A DNA stretch of 64,000 bases, taken from an uncultured Ignavibacteriales bacterium (GTDB lineage Bacteria; Zixibacteria; MSB-5A5; GN15; FEB-12). Position 1 is the first letter of the stretch, and each line of letters begins with the position of its first letter. Where the stretch lies: positions 124,001 through 188,000 of the forward strand of contig CAYXJN010000005.1 in assembly GCA_964464605.1 (NCBI GenBank), given 5' to 3'. Below the pieces are notes generated by a model that had not been told where the DNA came from, did no database searches, and saw nothing but the letters and a program-made list of their open reading frames with translations. Shown here in pieces: positions 37,597-47,952 of the stretch. The position numbers and the translations under genes were made by a program.

Positions 37597-39051
37597 TTAC
37601 CGCAAATCATATTTCATAAAGGCTATCCAACCGCCGGTAAATGCCGCCAAGATAAGGCAAAGCAATAGGCCAGCGTCCACCGCGACTTGACTTATTGCCT
37701 CTCCGGCTGACCACGCGGGGGCCTGAAAACTCGGCATATCGCTCAAATCGAGTTCCTCTTTGCCACGGGGCATCGATAAATTGAATCCGCCTTCGGTATC
37801 CATCGTGATAGCGATCTGCATACCACCCGGAGCATCAATTTTTTTCCGTTCGATATATGCGCTAAAGTCAGCCGCGTACCGGGTCATTGCTTCTTCAAAA
37901 CGTTGTTTGAGTTCAATATCGGTATTCGATAAGGTCATACCAGCCAGTTGAAATGCTGAGGCAGGAGAGAAACGGCACAGTGTAAAAGCAAGACGCTGCT
38001 GTGACAATTGCGCACGGCGCTGGTCATCGAACAGTTTCGTTTCATAATCACGAATAGCGATTTCCACTTCTTTGCGGGCAGAATCCTCTTTTTTCAAATT
38101 AGACCACATTTCTTCTTCGCTGACACTGTCGGGGCGGCCTTGCTCATCGGTACGGCGTTGTAACCAGCGATCTTCCATGCTGTCGTAATATTTTTGCCAG
38201 CTATCTTTTGAAAATGATTCCCGTTTCCCTTCAATTTCAGCAACAGCCGGAACATGGACAACTTCCCCGGCGGCAAGTACACCAATTCGCGGAATAATAA
38301 AAATGAACATCACCCAGGTCATTAGGCAGATAAGAAAGGCGGTTGAACTTCGTTTCGTGAGGGTCGAAATGAAAACGCCGCAGACGACAAAGAAGGTCAT
38401 GAACAAAATCGCCATACCTATCAATGTTCCGAGTCTGAGCCAGTCAGATGCACCAAACGGCACCTGAAACAACTGCAGCATCAGACAGCATATCAAAATG
38501 GGAATAAGAAGCGGAATGACTAACCCAAGCCATGCTCCAGTGCATTTGGCGATCAGATATTGTGCACGGGGGATGGCATTGGAAAAGACGAGCCGAAGTG
38601 TTCCGGACTCACGCTCCCCACAGACGGCGTCATAGGTAAAGACAATTGCCAACAATGAAAGGACGATTAGAACAATGAGGGAGAAGTCCATGAATCTGAA
38701 GATGGCGAAAATCGGGTCCTCCGAGTACACGCTGCTGCGTAATCGGGCGGCAGAGTTTTCGCTGATTAAGGACCATCTGCCTAAATCGAAGGTCACGCCT
38801 GAAACGAAAATCTGCATCGGATCAGGCTGGCGAAATGCTTTATTCGCGACCGAGGACCAGTTCGATTGTTCATGCATCAATTGGTCGGTCAACTGTTTTC
38901 CTGTTTCATACTGACGAACCGATGCCTGATACTCTCGAATACCGATAAACACGCTGATAATAATGAGCAGTGAGCAGATAGCGAAGTAGGCCGGGAACTT
39001 TGGGCTCAACAGAATCGCGCGGAGTTCTTTTTGAATGAGTGTAGATAGCAT
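37597..39051 (-). CDS. ABC-2 type permease subunit
   Basis: Start re-called to 39051 (GGAGG SD); KELR, YDAVCGERESGTLRL, FMKYDLR. Confidence 0.9.
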   Translation of the reverse strand: MLSTLIQKELRAILLSPKFPAYFAICSLLIIISVFIGIREYQASVRQYETGKQLTDQLMHEQSNWSSVANKAFRQPDPMQIFVSGVTFDLGRWSLISENSAARLRSSVYSEDPIFAIFRFMDFSLIVLIVLSLLAIVFTYDAVCGERESGTLRLVFSNAIPRAQYLIAKCTGAWLGLVIPLLIPILICCLMLQLFQVPFGASDWLRLGTLIGMAILFMTFFVVCGVFISTLTKRSSTAFLICLMTWVMFIFIIPRIGVLAAGEVVHVPAVAEIEGKRESFSKDSWQKYYDSMEDRWLQRRTDEQGRPDSVSEEEMWSNLKKEDSARKEVEIAIRDYETKLFDDQRRAQLSQQRLAFTLCRFSPASAFQLAGMTLSNTDIELKQRFEEAMTRYAADFSAYIERKKIDAPGGMQIAITMDTEGGFNLSMPRGKEELDLSDMPSFQAPAWSAGEAISQVAVDAGLLLCLILAAFTGGWIAFMKYDLR

Positions 39052-39064
39052 TATTGTTCCCTCC

Positions 39065-40480
39065 TTATCGTAAGTCGTAACGGTTGAAGGCAACAAATGC
39101 CCCGGCAAATGCCAATAGGCTGTAAACTATCAACAGGCCGATATTCGGAATTGCAGATGCCAAAGAGTCACCGAAGGCAATGCCGTGATAGTCGAATTTC
39201 GGCATTTCATCACCGTCGATCGGTTTCGGCTTTTCCTGCGAATCATCGCTATTCCGCATCATGATCATTCTTCCCCCGGGATTAAATCCGGTCTTTTGCT
39301 TCATAAACGCGGCGTAGTTCTGCTGATACAAATTAGCCTGCTCTCGATACTGATTTTTCAACCGCAAATCAGTTCCGGCAAGCGACGCCGCAGCTAAAGT
39401 GAACGAAGCCGCAGGAGAAACACGCGCCAGAGTAAATGCGAGTTGTTCCTGCTGCTGTTGTTTGTTCGCGCGTTCTTCGTTCAGACGATTGGTAAGCTCC
39501 TGAATTTTAGCGTCCCGTTCGTTGGTCTGTTTTTCCATAAACCGGTTAAATTCTTCCATCATACTTTGCGGGTCATCGTTTTTTTCCGGTTTGAAATTGC
39601 TCATTTTGTCCCGGTCTTCATTCCACAGTTCGGCACGCAGTTTACTTTTTTGCGCGGCTTGTTCATCGAGAGTGGGAACGTCGACCATTCGTCCTGCCAA
39701 TAACACTGAAGCTCTCGGTACCAGATGCACGGCGCTGATCCAGACCACGAGCAGAATCAACAGGGAATTGGAAGAGCGATTCGTCATTGATGAAACTAAA
39801 ATCGACAACGAAAGAAAACAGACGACATAGAAAAGTCCTGACAATACAATCAGCGCTAACCGTCCCCAGTCTGCAGCTTCCATTGGCACATTCATAAGTG
39901 GGAAGAGCAAGGCACCGATCCCGATTGTTGCTAATACCGGCAAGGCAACCGCTAACAACGAACCGGTTACTTTGCCAAGCAGGTAAGTTGCACGGGGAAC
40001 ATTGTTGGCAAATGTCAATCGGAGTGTCCCTCGTTCTTTTTCGCCGGATATAGAGTCGTAACATAGGAGAATAGCGAAGAGTGAGAGCACAACTTGGAAG
40101 AGAAACTCTAAATCGAGAAAGCGAAAGATGGCTAAAATCGGCTCTTCACCGAACCGACTTTCATAGGCGGTTACTTCACCGCGTCCGCGAATTTCGGTAA
40201 TACGGCCGATATCGTTCGATACTCCATTCACCAGCATCGCAATCGGCTGCGGTGGCAGGAAAATACGATACTGCTGGACACTGAACCAATCGGTGAGGCC
40301 ATCAAGCTGGCGTCGGTTTTCAGCGACGGCCGCTTCATAATGGTTCCTGCTCGTTTGATAGCTTGTCGCGCCCATGAAAAAGGCGAGCACGATTAGCAAC
40401 GCACAGACGCCAAAGGAAATGGCAAATTTGGTCGATCCGATAACTTCCCGAATCTCTTTTTCAACGATTACCCGAAACAT
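39065..40480 (-). CDS. ABC-2 type permease subunit (paralogue)
   Basis: KEIR, YDSISGEKERGTLRL, FNRYDLR. Confidence 0.9.
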   Translation of the reverse strand: MFRVIVEKEIREVIGSTKFAISFGVCALLIVLAFFMGATSYQTSRNHYEAAVAENRRQLDGLTDWFSVQQYRIFLPPQPIAMLVNGVSNDIGRITEIRGRGEVTAYESRFGEEPILAIFRFLDLEFLFQVVLSLFAILLCYDSISGEKERGTLRLTFANNVPRATYLLGKVTGSLLAVALPVLATIGIGALLFPLMNVPMEAADWGRLALIVLSGLFYVVCFLSLSILVSSMTNRSSNSLLILLVVWISAVHLVPRASVLLAGRMVDVPTLDEQAAQKSKLRAELWNEDRDKMSNFKPEKNDDPQSMMEEFNRFMEKQTNERDAKIQELTNRLNEERANKQQQQEQLAFTLARVSPAASFTLAAASLAGTDLRLKNQYREQANLYQQNYAAFMKQKTGFNPGGRMIMMRNSDDSQEKPKPIDGDEMPKFDYHGIAFGDSLASAIPNIGLLIVYSLLAFAGAFVAFNRYDLR

Positions 40481-40487
40481 AGCTGCC

Positions 40488-41234
40488 TCACGCCGCTTCC
40501 GTGTTGTGGCCTGCCATATACTGCAGGTACAACTGTTCCAAGTCCTGATTAGCCAGTTTACTCACCGGCTCTTCAAGCAGGATTCGACCGCGATTCATGA
40601 TTGCGACCGTATCGGCAATTTCTTTGGCGCGGAAAATATCGTGCGTGGACATAAGAATCGCTTTTTTCTCGCTTCGCAGTGAATCAAGCAGGCGCATAAA
40701 ATCAAACCCGGCCTTTGGATCGAGGCCGGAGGTTGGTTCATCCAACAAAATTGCGGAGGCATCTTTCAAAATAGCGATGGCAATACCGCATTTTTGACGC
40801 ATCCCTTTGGAGAATTCACGGACTTTGCGGCGATGAACCTCCTGAGCCAATCCAACTCGCATCAGTGCCTGCGTGTAGTCATCATTGGTGTATGAATGTT
40901 TGCCGCTTAAACGGGCGAAGTAGTCAAGATTTTGCAATGCCGTAAAATTGCCGTAGAGCATGACATTTTCAGAAACGAACGCGACATGCTGTTTCGCCAG
41001 AAGCGGCTCACGGTGGGTACTGTGTCCCATAATCCGCGCTTCCCCTTCGGTCGGTTCGATCAAATTGAGAAACAAATTTATTGTCGTCGTTTTACCGGCG
41101 CCGTTACCGCCGAGCATGGCGTATATTTCACCGGGGCGAATCGAGAATGAAATATGGTCGAGGGCTAAATGCCCATCTTCATATTGCTTCGTCAGTCCTG
41201 TTGCCTGTAGCACCGGCGCTGTTTCTGCAGTCAT
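40488..41234 (-). CDS. ABC transporter ATP-binding protein
   Basis: GGNGAGKTT, FSKGMRQK, LLDEPTSGLD, STH. Confidence 0.95.
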   Translation of the reverse strand: MTAETAPVLQATGLTKQYEDGHLALDHISFSIRPGEIYAMLGGNGAGKTTTINLFLNLIEPTEGEARIMGHSTHREPLLAKQHVAFVSENVMLYGNFTALQNLDYFARLSGKHSYTNDDYTQALMRVGLAQEVHRRKVREFSKGMRQKCGIAIAILKDASAILLDEPTSGLDPKAGFDFMRLLDSLRSEKKAILMSTHDIFRAKEIADTVAIMNRGRILLEEPVSKLANQDLEQLYLQYMAGHNTEAA

Positions 41235-41258
41235 ACTAAACTCCTTATGTACATCAAC

Positions 41259-42761
41259 TTATTTTCGTGACAGTTTTATACCGAATACCACCATACCGCC
41301 GACAAGGCCGACAATGAGCAACACAATAATGATCGTGCCGATAATGCTGCTGGATGGCTGTATCTCAATCGTGACCGTTTTATCTTCACCGCTTACCGGC
41401 TGACCGTTCGATTCGCCGATAGTGCGAACGCGAATATCATAACGGCCGGGAGTAACGTCTTCGGGCGGCGTGAATGAAAGCACGACATTCGTATCCTGCC
41501 CGATTCCCAATGAACTGATTTGCATCGGGTCAACTTGTTTACGCCAGTTAAGCGGGAGATCAAACTGAAAGTCGATATTATCAAGCCGGTTGCTGCCTTC
41601 GTTCAACAGATTAAGGGTAATCGACGCGGTCTGGTCATCACTCATGCTTTGGAACAGCTGATTAGAACGAACTAATAGCATTCCTTTACCGCGCGGCATC
41701 AAATCGAGTTTCACATAGCCGACATCCATCGCATCAAGCTCCGCCTGTGTCCACACTTTGCCGGGTTCGGTGGTAAATGCAGCAGCGCGATCCGGAGGGA
41801 GAACGACAACAAAAAACTGAATCGGTTTGTCGATAACGACTTGATCGCTGGGGCGATCCGGCGCGGTAACTTCAAGCACTGCCCGTTTGCTGCGGGTTGA
41901 TTCGGTGAATTTGACCTGGCTTAAGCGCGCCTGGGTGCCGGCATCTTTGAATGTACGACTTACCTGAGGCGGAAGATTAAGCACTTCCAATGAAAAGGTA
42001 TTGTTGCTGCCGCTGAATAATTCAAGACCGAGGTCATACGAAGCCGTTTTTCCTAAATCAACTTCCTGCGAAAACTGCTCGGATTGCACAGCCACCCGAT
42101 TTTTGGAAGCATCTTTTTGCAAGAACACTTTCATTGTCCGCTGTGTACCGCTACCATAAATAATTACCACACTAACGGCATCAAGATCCTGTAACAGTTT
42201 GAAATCAATTGTGGAAGGTTGTCCGAAAATAAGCTGTGGGATTTTTGCTTCGTACGGCTGGCTAATAATTGCCCCTTCATCATTCATCAGCGAGATATAC
42301 ACGTTGTTAACGATGTCCGGCTGAAGAGAACGGAACAACTCATCTTCAATGTTGATGAGCTTTTGAAACTCTGCCGAACCACCGGAGGCATTGGCAACTG
42401 TTAACCGGACATGGCGGGTTCCATCGCTTGCATAGTATTTAATTGCCGATGAAACCGTGACATACTGCTGTTCAAATAGAACGGCTAAGAGCGATTGCTG
42501 ATAGTTTACTTCCGCGTCGCTCATATTGACGCGAGCGCGTTCGAGTTCAATTGAAGAAATCAGTTTCCGGTCGAACAGCTCTTTCTGGCGGTCATATTCT
42601 GCCTTTGCGACTTCGTATGCCTCTTTCGCCCGTTTCAGACCGAGCAGGCGATACTCGTCGTCTCGCTGGTTGAACATTGATCCGACTTGGCAATGACCGC
42701 TCGAAGTAAACGAGCCGAAAAGAAGAGCGCAAAAACAAGTTGTCAGTATGAATAAACGCAT
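41259..42761 (-). CDS. Exported protein with alpha-hairpin, NEW3/Ig-like domains and C-terminal TM
   Basis: Signal peptide, coiled hairpin (AKAEYDRQKELFDRKLISSIELE), NEW3-like LPLNW..PPEDVTPGRY, C-terminal TM. Confidence 0.7.
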   Translation of the reverse strand: MRLFILTTCFCALLFGSFTSSGHCQVGSMFNQRDDEYRLLGLKRAKEAYEVAKAEYDRQKELFDRKLISSIELERARVNMSDAEVNYQQSLLAVLFEQQYVTVSSAIKYYASDGTRHVRLTVANASGGSAEFQKLINIEDELFRSLQPDIVNNVYISLMNDEGAIISQPYEAKIPQLIFGQPSTIDFKLLQDLDAVSVVIIYGSGTQRTMKVFLQKDASKNRVAVQSEQFSQEVDLGKTASYDLGLELFSGSNNTFSLEVLNLPPQVSRTFKDAGTQARLSQVKFTESTRSKRAVLEVTAPDRPSDQVVIDKPIQFFVVVLPPDRAAAFTTEPGKVWTQAELDAMDVGYVKLDLMPRGKGMLLVRSNQLFQSMSDDQTASITLNLLNEGSNRLDNIDFQFDLPLNWRKQVDPMQISSLGIGQDTNVVLSFTPPEDVTPGRYDIRVRTIGESNGQPVSGEDKTVTIEIQPSSSIIGTIIIVLLIVGLVGGMVVFGIKLSRK

Positions 42762-42770
42762 ACGTGTTGC

Positions 42771-43595
42771 TTAGTTCCGGATGACTTTCATGCCGGTATC
42801 TTCCGGTTTACTCAGGGAAATCTCGATTTTCTCCGAACCGCGGGTGATACCTATAGTGAATTTGTCTCCGACTTTCAGCGCTTCATAGGCGGATGAAGTT
42901 TCGGTAACGGAGGAAATCGGTTTGCCGTTGAAAGAAGTGACCAGATCAAGCACATTAACGCCGTCTAAATCCCCTTTTTCTTTTGCAAACGGCATAATGC
43001 CCGCGACAACGACTTTGCCATCTTTATTGCCTAACAATAATCCAAGTCCGAAAAGCGGCTGTACATCGGTCACACCTTCCGGGGCTTGAAATTCCTTACC
43101 GTCCATCATAATTTTCCGGCTGGCCACACTTTTTCCGCCTTTTCCGTCATCGGTGACCATCGTCATTTGTCGAGCAGGGAGATTTTTGGGATCAGCTTTG
43201 AGAAAAGTAACAAGCTGGAGCTTACCGTCACGGCGAATGCCGAACTCGACTTCTTTTCCAATAGCAATACCTTCATATACTTCTTGAAGCTCTTCTGTAC
43301 TGTTCATCTTTTTGCCGTTTGCCATCAGAATGATATCACCGGTCCGGAAATCGATATCTTTGTACTCCTTTGGGCGCATATCGGCATCACCGGCGAAAAG
43401 TACGCGCAACGTATCATTCTGTTTGGCGATTACAGCGCTGAGTTCAGCAAGATTAAAGGGCTGTCCTTCGGTTCCTTCGATGGTAAAACTGTGCTGCATT
43501 ACCTGACCGGAAGGTTTGCTTTCCGGCTCGGCCATAACCGGAGCGATATTCGCGGTTAACGCGATGACTAACGTGGGCAGGAGTGCAAAATTCAT
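42771..43595 (-). CDS. Exported tandem-PDZ protein
   Basis: Signal peptide; GDIILMANGK..IRRDGK and DLVTSFNGKPI..ITRG PDZ patterns. Confidence 0.78.
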   Translation of the reverse strand: MNFALLPTLVIALTANIAPVMAEPESKPSGQVMQHSFTIEGTEGQPFNLAELSAVIAKQNDTLRVLFAGDADMRPKEYKDIDFRTGDIILMANGKKMNSTEELQEVYEGIAIGKEVEFGIRRDGKLQLVTFLKADPKNLPARQMTMVTDDGKGGKSVASRKIMMDGKEFQAPEGVTDVQPLFGLGLLLGNKDGKVVVAGIMPFAKEKGDLDGVNVLDLVTSFNGKPISSVTETSSAYEALKVGDKFTIGITRGSEKIEISLSKPEDTGMKVIRN

Positions 43596-43662
43596 GTATA
43601 AACCTTTCGTGTCTTTTTTGTTTACTTACGAGAGAGGATAGCGGTACGGTTGCAGCTTGCCG

Positions 43663-43698
43663 AGTTAATCTCTGTTAGCGAGTGTTAAGAACTGTTAA
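43663..43698. promoter_or_regulatory. Four phased direct repeats, putative OmpR-family operator
   Basis: GTTA(A/G) at 43664, 43674, 43684 and 43694 (exact 10-bp period) in the divergent promoter region. Confidence 0.65.
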
Positions 43699-43731
43699 GC
43701 ATGTGGCAGATACAACAATCTCACGTATATT

Positions 43732-45447
43732 ATGCATATGAGCCGGACGGAACGGAAAATCGGAATCGTCGCCCTTTTGATTATTGTCTCACTCGTGGGA
43801 TTATTAGTCGTACAGGGGCTGTTATTGAAAAATGCCTGGGATCAAAAGAACCAAACATTCGAGCAGAATGTCATGGCGGCGTTGAATTCTGTCGTGCAAA
43901 AACTCGAAACGCGGGAAGCGACCAAATCGACTCTTTCAACCGTTAAAGCGCGTGGAAAAGAGACATTCGCCTATATGTCGGTTGTTGCAACCGCAGCTCA
44001 TGATGATACAAGACCCGACACGTTGGGCGGGCCGTTTTTCAAATTTATCGATTCCGTGCCGCCGGTACGAATTGAAAACGGCGTTATAACGTATTGCGTG
44101 CCGAGTCGCCTGCATGTCAACCTTCAGGTGGTCGATACCATAAGCGGAAATCAGAAAGTATTGATCGATACCATCAAAAATCCGGGGCAGTATGAGTTTT
44201 CATACAATTCAGTTGGTACCACTCAGGATCTCATTGTTCTCAATCTCAGCAATGATTCCAGCGCCATGACCTTTCAGGCAAGTATGAGTGATCGCGCATT
44301 CGCCTGGCATTCACCGGCTGCCGATTCAAAACGTAAATTAGTCAGCCGTGTGGTCGATCAGTTGGTTATGGCCGAAATGGCGCCGATTGAACAGCGTATC
44401 AGCGACACGCTATTGGATTCGTTAATAGGTTCGACATTAAAGGAATCCGGTATCGACCAAAAATACGGGTTTGGCATAATAACAGAGCGTGATTCACTCG
44501 CCCTTTCCAGACCGGCAACGATGGCCGCCGAAATAGGACAGAGCGATTTCAAAACCCGTTTGTTCCCGCACGATTTTCTTTCGTCGTCTTATCAGTTGGC
44601 GCTCTATCTGCCGGATAGAACCTCCTACTTGTGGACGCAGATGGCGCCGCTTTTGGCCGCGACTATCATCTTTATGACTATCATCGCACTTGGGTTCATG
44701 TATTCGATGCGAACGATTATCCGCCAGCGGCAGTTTGCGCACCGCACGACTGATTTTATCAATAATATGACCCATGAATTCAAAACCCCGATTTCGACCA
44801 TTGCCTTGGCTGCAGAAGCATTATCTGCACCGCAGTTAGCCAAACAGGAAGAAAGTGTGCAGCGGTTCGGGCGGATGATTCAGGATGAAAACAAGCGGAT
44901 GAGTCATCAGGTCGAAAAAATCCTGCAAATGGCGACTCTCGAAGAAGGGGACTACGAATTAAATCTCACTCATGTCGATTTGCATGAATTGATAACCAAA
45001 GCGACCGATGCCATCTTGATTCGTATTCAAGGTCGCGGGGGGACACTTATGCGAAACTTGAATGCGACCAAAACGGTTATCTCCGGCGACCCAGTGCATA
45101 TTTCGAGTATTATTCATAACCTTTTAGATAACGCGCTCAAATATACACCGGAAACCCCGATGATTTCCGTTACCACCGAAAATGAAAATAACAGCATTAC
45201 GGTCAACATAACAGACAACGGAATCGGTATCGCCGAAACGGATAAAACAATGGTGTTTGAAAAATATTATCGTGTTTCAACCGGCAACGTGCACAATGTA
45301 AAGGGATTCGGTATCGGCTTGAGCTATGTAAAACTGATGACCGAAGCGCATCACGGGCAAATCACTCTTGAAAGCGAGTTAGGCAAAGGAACGGAGATTT
45401 CACTCACCTTTCCACTCATTGCCGGAGAAACAGGAAGTGAAGTATGA
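43732..45447 (+). CDS. Membrane sensor histidine kinase
   Basis: Two TMs, FINNMTHEFKTP, NLLDNALKY, DNGIGI, GFGIGL. Confidence 0.94.
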   Translation: MHMSRTERKIGIVALLIIVSLVGLLVVQGLLLKNAWDQKNQTFEQNVMAALNSVVQKLETREATKSTLSTVKARGKETFAYMSVVATAAHDDTRPDTLGGPFFKFIDSVPPVRIENGVITYCVPSRLHVNLQVVDTISGNQKVLIDTIKNPGQYEFSYNSVGTTQDLIVLNLSNDSSAMTFQASMSDRAFAWHSPAADSKRKLVSRVVDQLVMAEMAPIEQRISDTLLDSLIGSTLKESGIDQKYGFGIITERDSLALSRPATMAAEIGQSDFKTRLFPHDFLSSSYQLALYLPDRTSYLWTQMAPLLAATIIFMTIIALGFMYSMRTIIRQRQFAHRTTDFINNMTHEFKTPISTIALAAEALSAPQLAKQEESVQRFGRMIQDENKRMSHQVEKILQMATLEEGDYELNLTHVDLHELITKATDAILIRIQGRGGTLMRNLNATKTVISGDPVHISSIIHNLLDNALKYTPETPMISVTTENENNSITVNITDNGIGIAETDKTMVFEKYYRVSTGNVHNVKGFGIGLSYVKLMTEAHHGQITLESELGKGTEISLTFPLIAGETGSEV

Positions 45448-46130
45448 GAAAGATATTGCTGTTGGAGGATGATCCGAATCTCGGCTCGATTTTGCAGGAG
45501 CATTTGCAGGTGAAAGGATTTTCCGTTCTGCTCTGTCCGAACGGTGAAGAAGGAATTAAAGCATACCAACGGGATACATTTGATTTATGCCTTGTCGATG
45601 TCATGATGCCGAAAAAAGATGGTTTCACCTTCGCCAAAGAAGTGCGCGCTAAAGACCAGGTAACCCCGCTCGTATTTTTGACGGCGAAATCACTCAAAGA
45701 GGATAAAATCGAAGGGTTCAAAATCGGCTGTGATGATTATGTTACCAAACCATTCAGTATTGAAGAACTTGTTCTCCGCATTGAAGCGGTACTCAAGCGG
45801 AGTTCGGCGAAACCGACCGCCGATGCCGGCCAGACTAATTTTTCTATCGGTTCCTATTCTTTTGACAGCACCCGGCAGCTGTTAACCCGAAAATCAACAC
45901 AATTAAAGCTTACACCAAAAGAGTCTGAATTGCTGAGGCTGCTTTGTTTGCATATCAACCAGACCGTCGAGCGGGATTACGCGCTTCGCACTATCTGGGG
46001 AAATGAAAGTTATTTCAGCGGACGCAGTATGGATGTCTTCGTTTCAAAGCTGCGTAAATATCTCAAAGAAGACTCTGCTATCGAAATCATGGGAATTCAC
46101 GGCAAAGGAATTCGATTAGTCGTCAACTAA
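45444..46130 (+). CDS. OmpR/PhoB-family response regulator
   Basis: LLEDD, DVMMPKKDG, KPF, wHTH RSMDVFVSKLRKYL. Confidence 0.95.
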   Translation: MRKILLLEDDPNLGSILQEHLQVKGFSVLLCPNGEEGIKAYQRDTFDLCLVDVMMPKKDGFTFAKEVRAKDQVTPLVFLTAKSLKEDKIEGFKIGCDDYVTKPFSIEELVLRIEAVLKRSSAKPTADAGQTNFSIGSYSFDSTRQLLTRKSTQLKLTPKESELLRLLCLHINQTVERDYALRTIWGNESYFSGRSMDVFVSKLRKYLKEDSAIEIMGIHGKGIRLVVN

Positions 46131-46135
46131 TTTGC

Positions 46136-46172
46136 CCGTGAAGGAGTGGGTGCCTCGCCACACTCCTTACGG
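46136..46172. terminator. Hairpin between convergent genes
   Basis: CCGTGAAGGAGTGGG..CCACACTCCTTACGG inverted repeat overlapping the stop of the minus-strand gene. Confidence 0.4.
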
Positions 46173-47807
46173 ACAAGCAGGGGGAGTCGGGCCGCTGTTG
46201 AACAGAAACTGAACGAGGAAAGTCAGATCTGCCACAGTGATACTGCCGATACCGTTGACATTCGCTTCATCTATGCACGGCGGGATTGGACCGCTATTGA
46301 ACAGATACTGAACCAGATAGGTCAAATCAGCGACCGTTATACTACCGATACCGTTTACATTTCCTCTCGTTCCAACACAACAGCTCACCGTATTGGCGAT
46401 TCCGCTAAGCGGCACACGAAGCGGCGAAACCGCCGATGTGTCGTTATGATAAATCAAAGCAGTATCCGTTAACGTGCCGCCTGTTGTCGGTGTCCAGCGA
46501 ATAGCGACTGAATCGCTGAAAACTACATCAATCAAATATGGCGTTGGGGTAACATTCGAAAGATTTGGGGAGCCGCCGGCAAACCGAATACTGTCAACTG
46601 AGACAATGCCGTATCCGGTTTTGGTTAGTTTGATATACGCACTGGCCGTGTCATCTTCATCGATAGTCCCGAAATTAACGGATGATGTTGCCAAAGCTGT
46701 CCATGCCGCAGTAAACAATGGAAACGGTATCGCTCTGGGACCACCGTATGCTCCTTTGTCGTTGCGTATAGTTCCCTGTGCCGGATGAATGGCAAATCCG
46801 GGGTTGGTCGTATCCTCTACATCGTTATAGATACTTGCCGGATCACCGCTGTCGGCGCACGCAGAGGGGACAGTTATCAGAAAATTCTGCTGGTCAAACA
46901 GCGGGTCCTCGCTGGTGTTAGCGGTTCCTGCAAATCCACCTTGTACGTTGGAATAACTGACTACCGCGCTACCGCCCGGGCCGATTGATATTTGCGGACC
47001 GCTAACTGCGGTGTTATCGCGAATAATATTGTTGCGCAAAATCGTTCCGGTACTGCCGATTCGTAGTCCGCCGCCACTACTGGTCGATGTGTTATACACG
47101 ATGGTATTATTTTCAACCGTTACACCCGGCGAAGCAACAATCCACAACCCCGCACCGCCAAAACCGGAGCCGCCGTTGTTTTTGTATACTACGTTGTTAT
47201 ATATCTGTGCGGATGCCTGAAAAATTACCACGCCGGCACCGTACAAACCTTCGTTAAAGGCAAATACGTTTCCAACTATTTCGGCAGTTCCGAACCCTAC
47301 CCGAATTCCTCCGCCGCCCGCGGAGGTAACTCCGGGTCCGACCAAAGTCGCGTCATTGTTCATGATGAGGTTATAATAAATCTTCGCGCTATTGTTTTCT
47401 GTCAGTACGCCGCCCCCTTCACGATAAATTTTGGCGTCGCTGATATCGAACCAGTCGGTGCCGTTTCCTTTGGTCAGCGTGAATCCCATTAACATCGGCT
47501 CAAACCCGCCGTATAAAATTACGCAGCTGCCAGTATCGGCATGAATCGGCGTTGAGCCGTCGATAATCGTTCGCAGAATATGATCGATATTCTTATCCAG
47601 TATAAACCGGCTGGCTAAAACGATTCCTTTGTTTTTGACGACCACATTCTCATGGTAGATTCCTTCTTCGACCAAAACCGTATCGCCGTCGACCGCAGCG
47701 TTTACTCCGGTCTGGATAGTCGGTTGATCGTTAGGAACGTTGATGGTCGTGGCATTTGCGATAGATGATAAAAACATCATCCACGCGGCGATTACACTCT
47801 GTTTCAT
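46167..47807 (-). CDS. Secreted beta-helix protein with Ig-like and dockerin-like domains
   Basis: Start re-called to 47807; TINVPNDQPTIQ..GDTVLV..GIYHEN, GGG-rich beta-helix, duplicated NVNGIGSITVADLT.LVQ.LFNSGP.P..C. Confidence 0.85.
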   Translation of the reverse strand: MKQSVIAAWMMFLSSIANATTINVPNDQPTIQTGVNAAVDGDTVLVEEGIYHENVVVKNKGIVLASRFILDKNIDHILRTIIDGSTPIHADTGSCVILYGGFEPMLMGFTLTKGNGTDWFDISDAKIYREGGGVLTENNSAKIYYNLIMNNDATLVGPGVTSAGGGGIRVGFGTAEIVGNVFAFNEGLYGAGVVIFQASAQIYNNVVYKNNGGSGFGGAGLWIVASPGVTVENNTIVYNTSTSSGGGLRIGSTGTILRNNIIRDNTAVSGPQISIGPGGSAVVSYSNVQGGFAGTANTSEDPLFDQQNFLITVPSACADSGDPASIYNDVEDTTNPGFAIHPAQGTIRNDKGAYGGPRAIPFPLFTAAWTALATSSVNFGTIDEDDTASAYIKLTKTGYGIVSVDSIRFAGGSPNLSNVTPTPYLIDVVFSDSVAIRWTPTTGGTLTDTALIYHNDTSAVSPLRVPLSGIANTVSCCVGTRGNVNGIGSITVADLTYLVQYLFNSGPIPPCIDEANVNGIGSITVADLTFLVQFLFNSGPTPPACP

Positions 47808-47952
47808 TAGCGACTTCACGTGTGTTGCTCCTTCTGTGAGGACTAAGACAGTCGCAACCAAAATACGCGGCGGCTAAATAGTGGATAGGGTTATGTGACA
47901 AGTTGTAAATGGATGGGATAAGCGGTCGATTTTGCGTGATAAGCGGCTGCGC

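Noticed and set aside
33321..37600. Integrative island at tRNA-Ser
   Set aside because: No integrase and no duplicated tRNA 3' end seen downstream; composition is close to host
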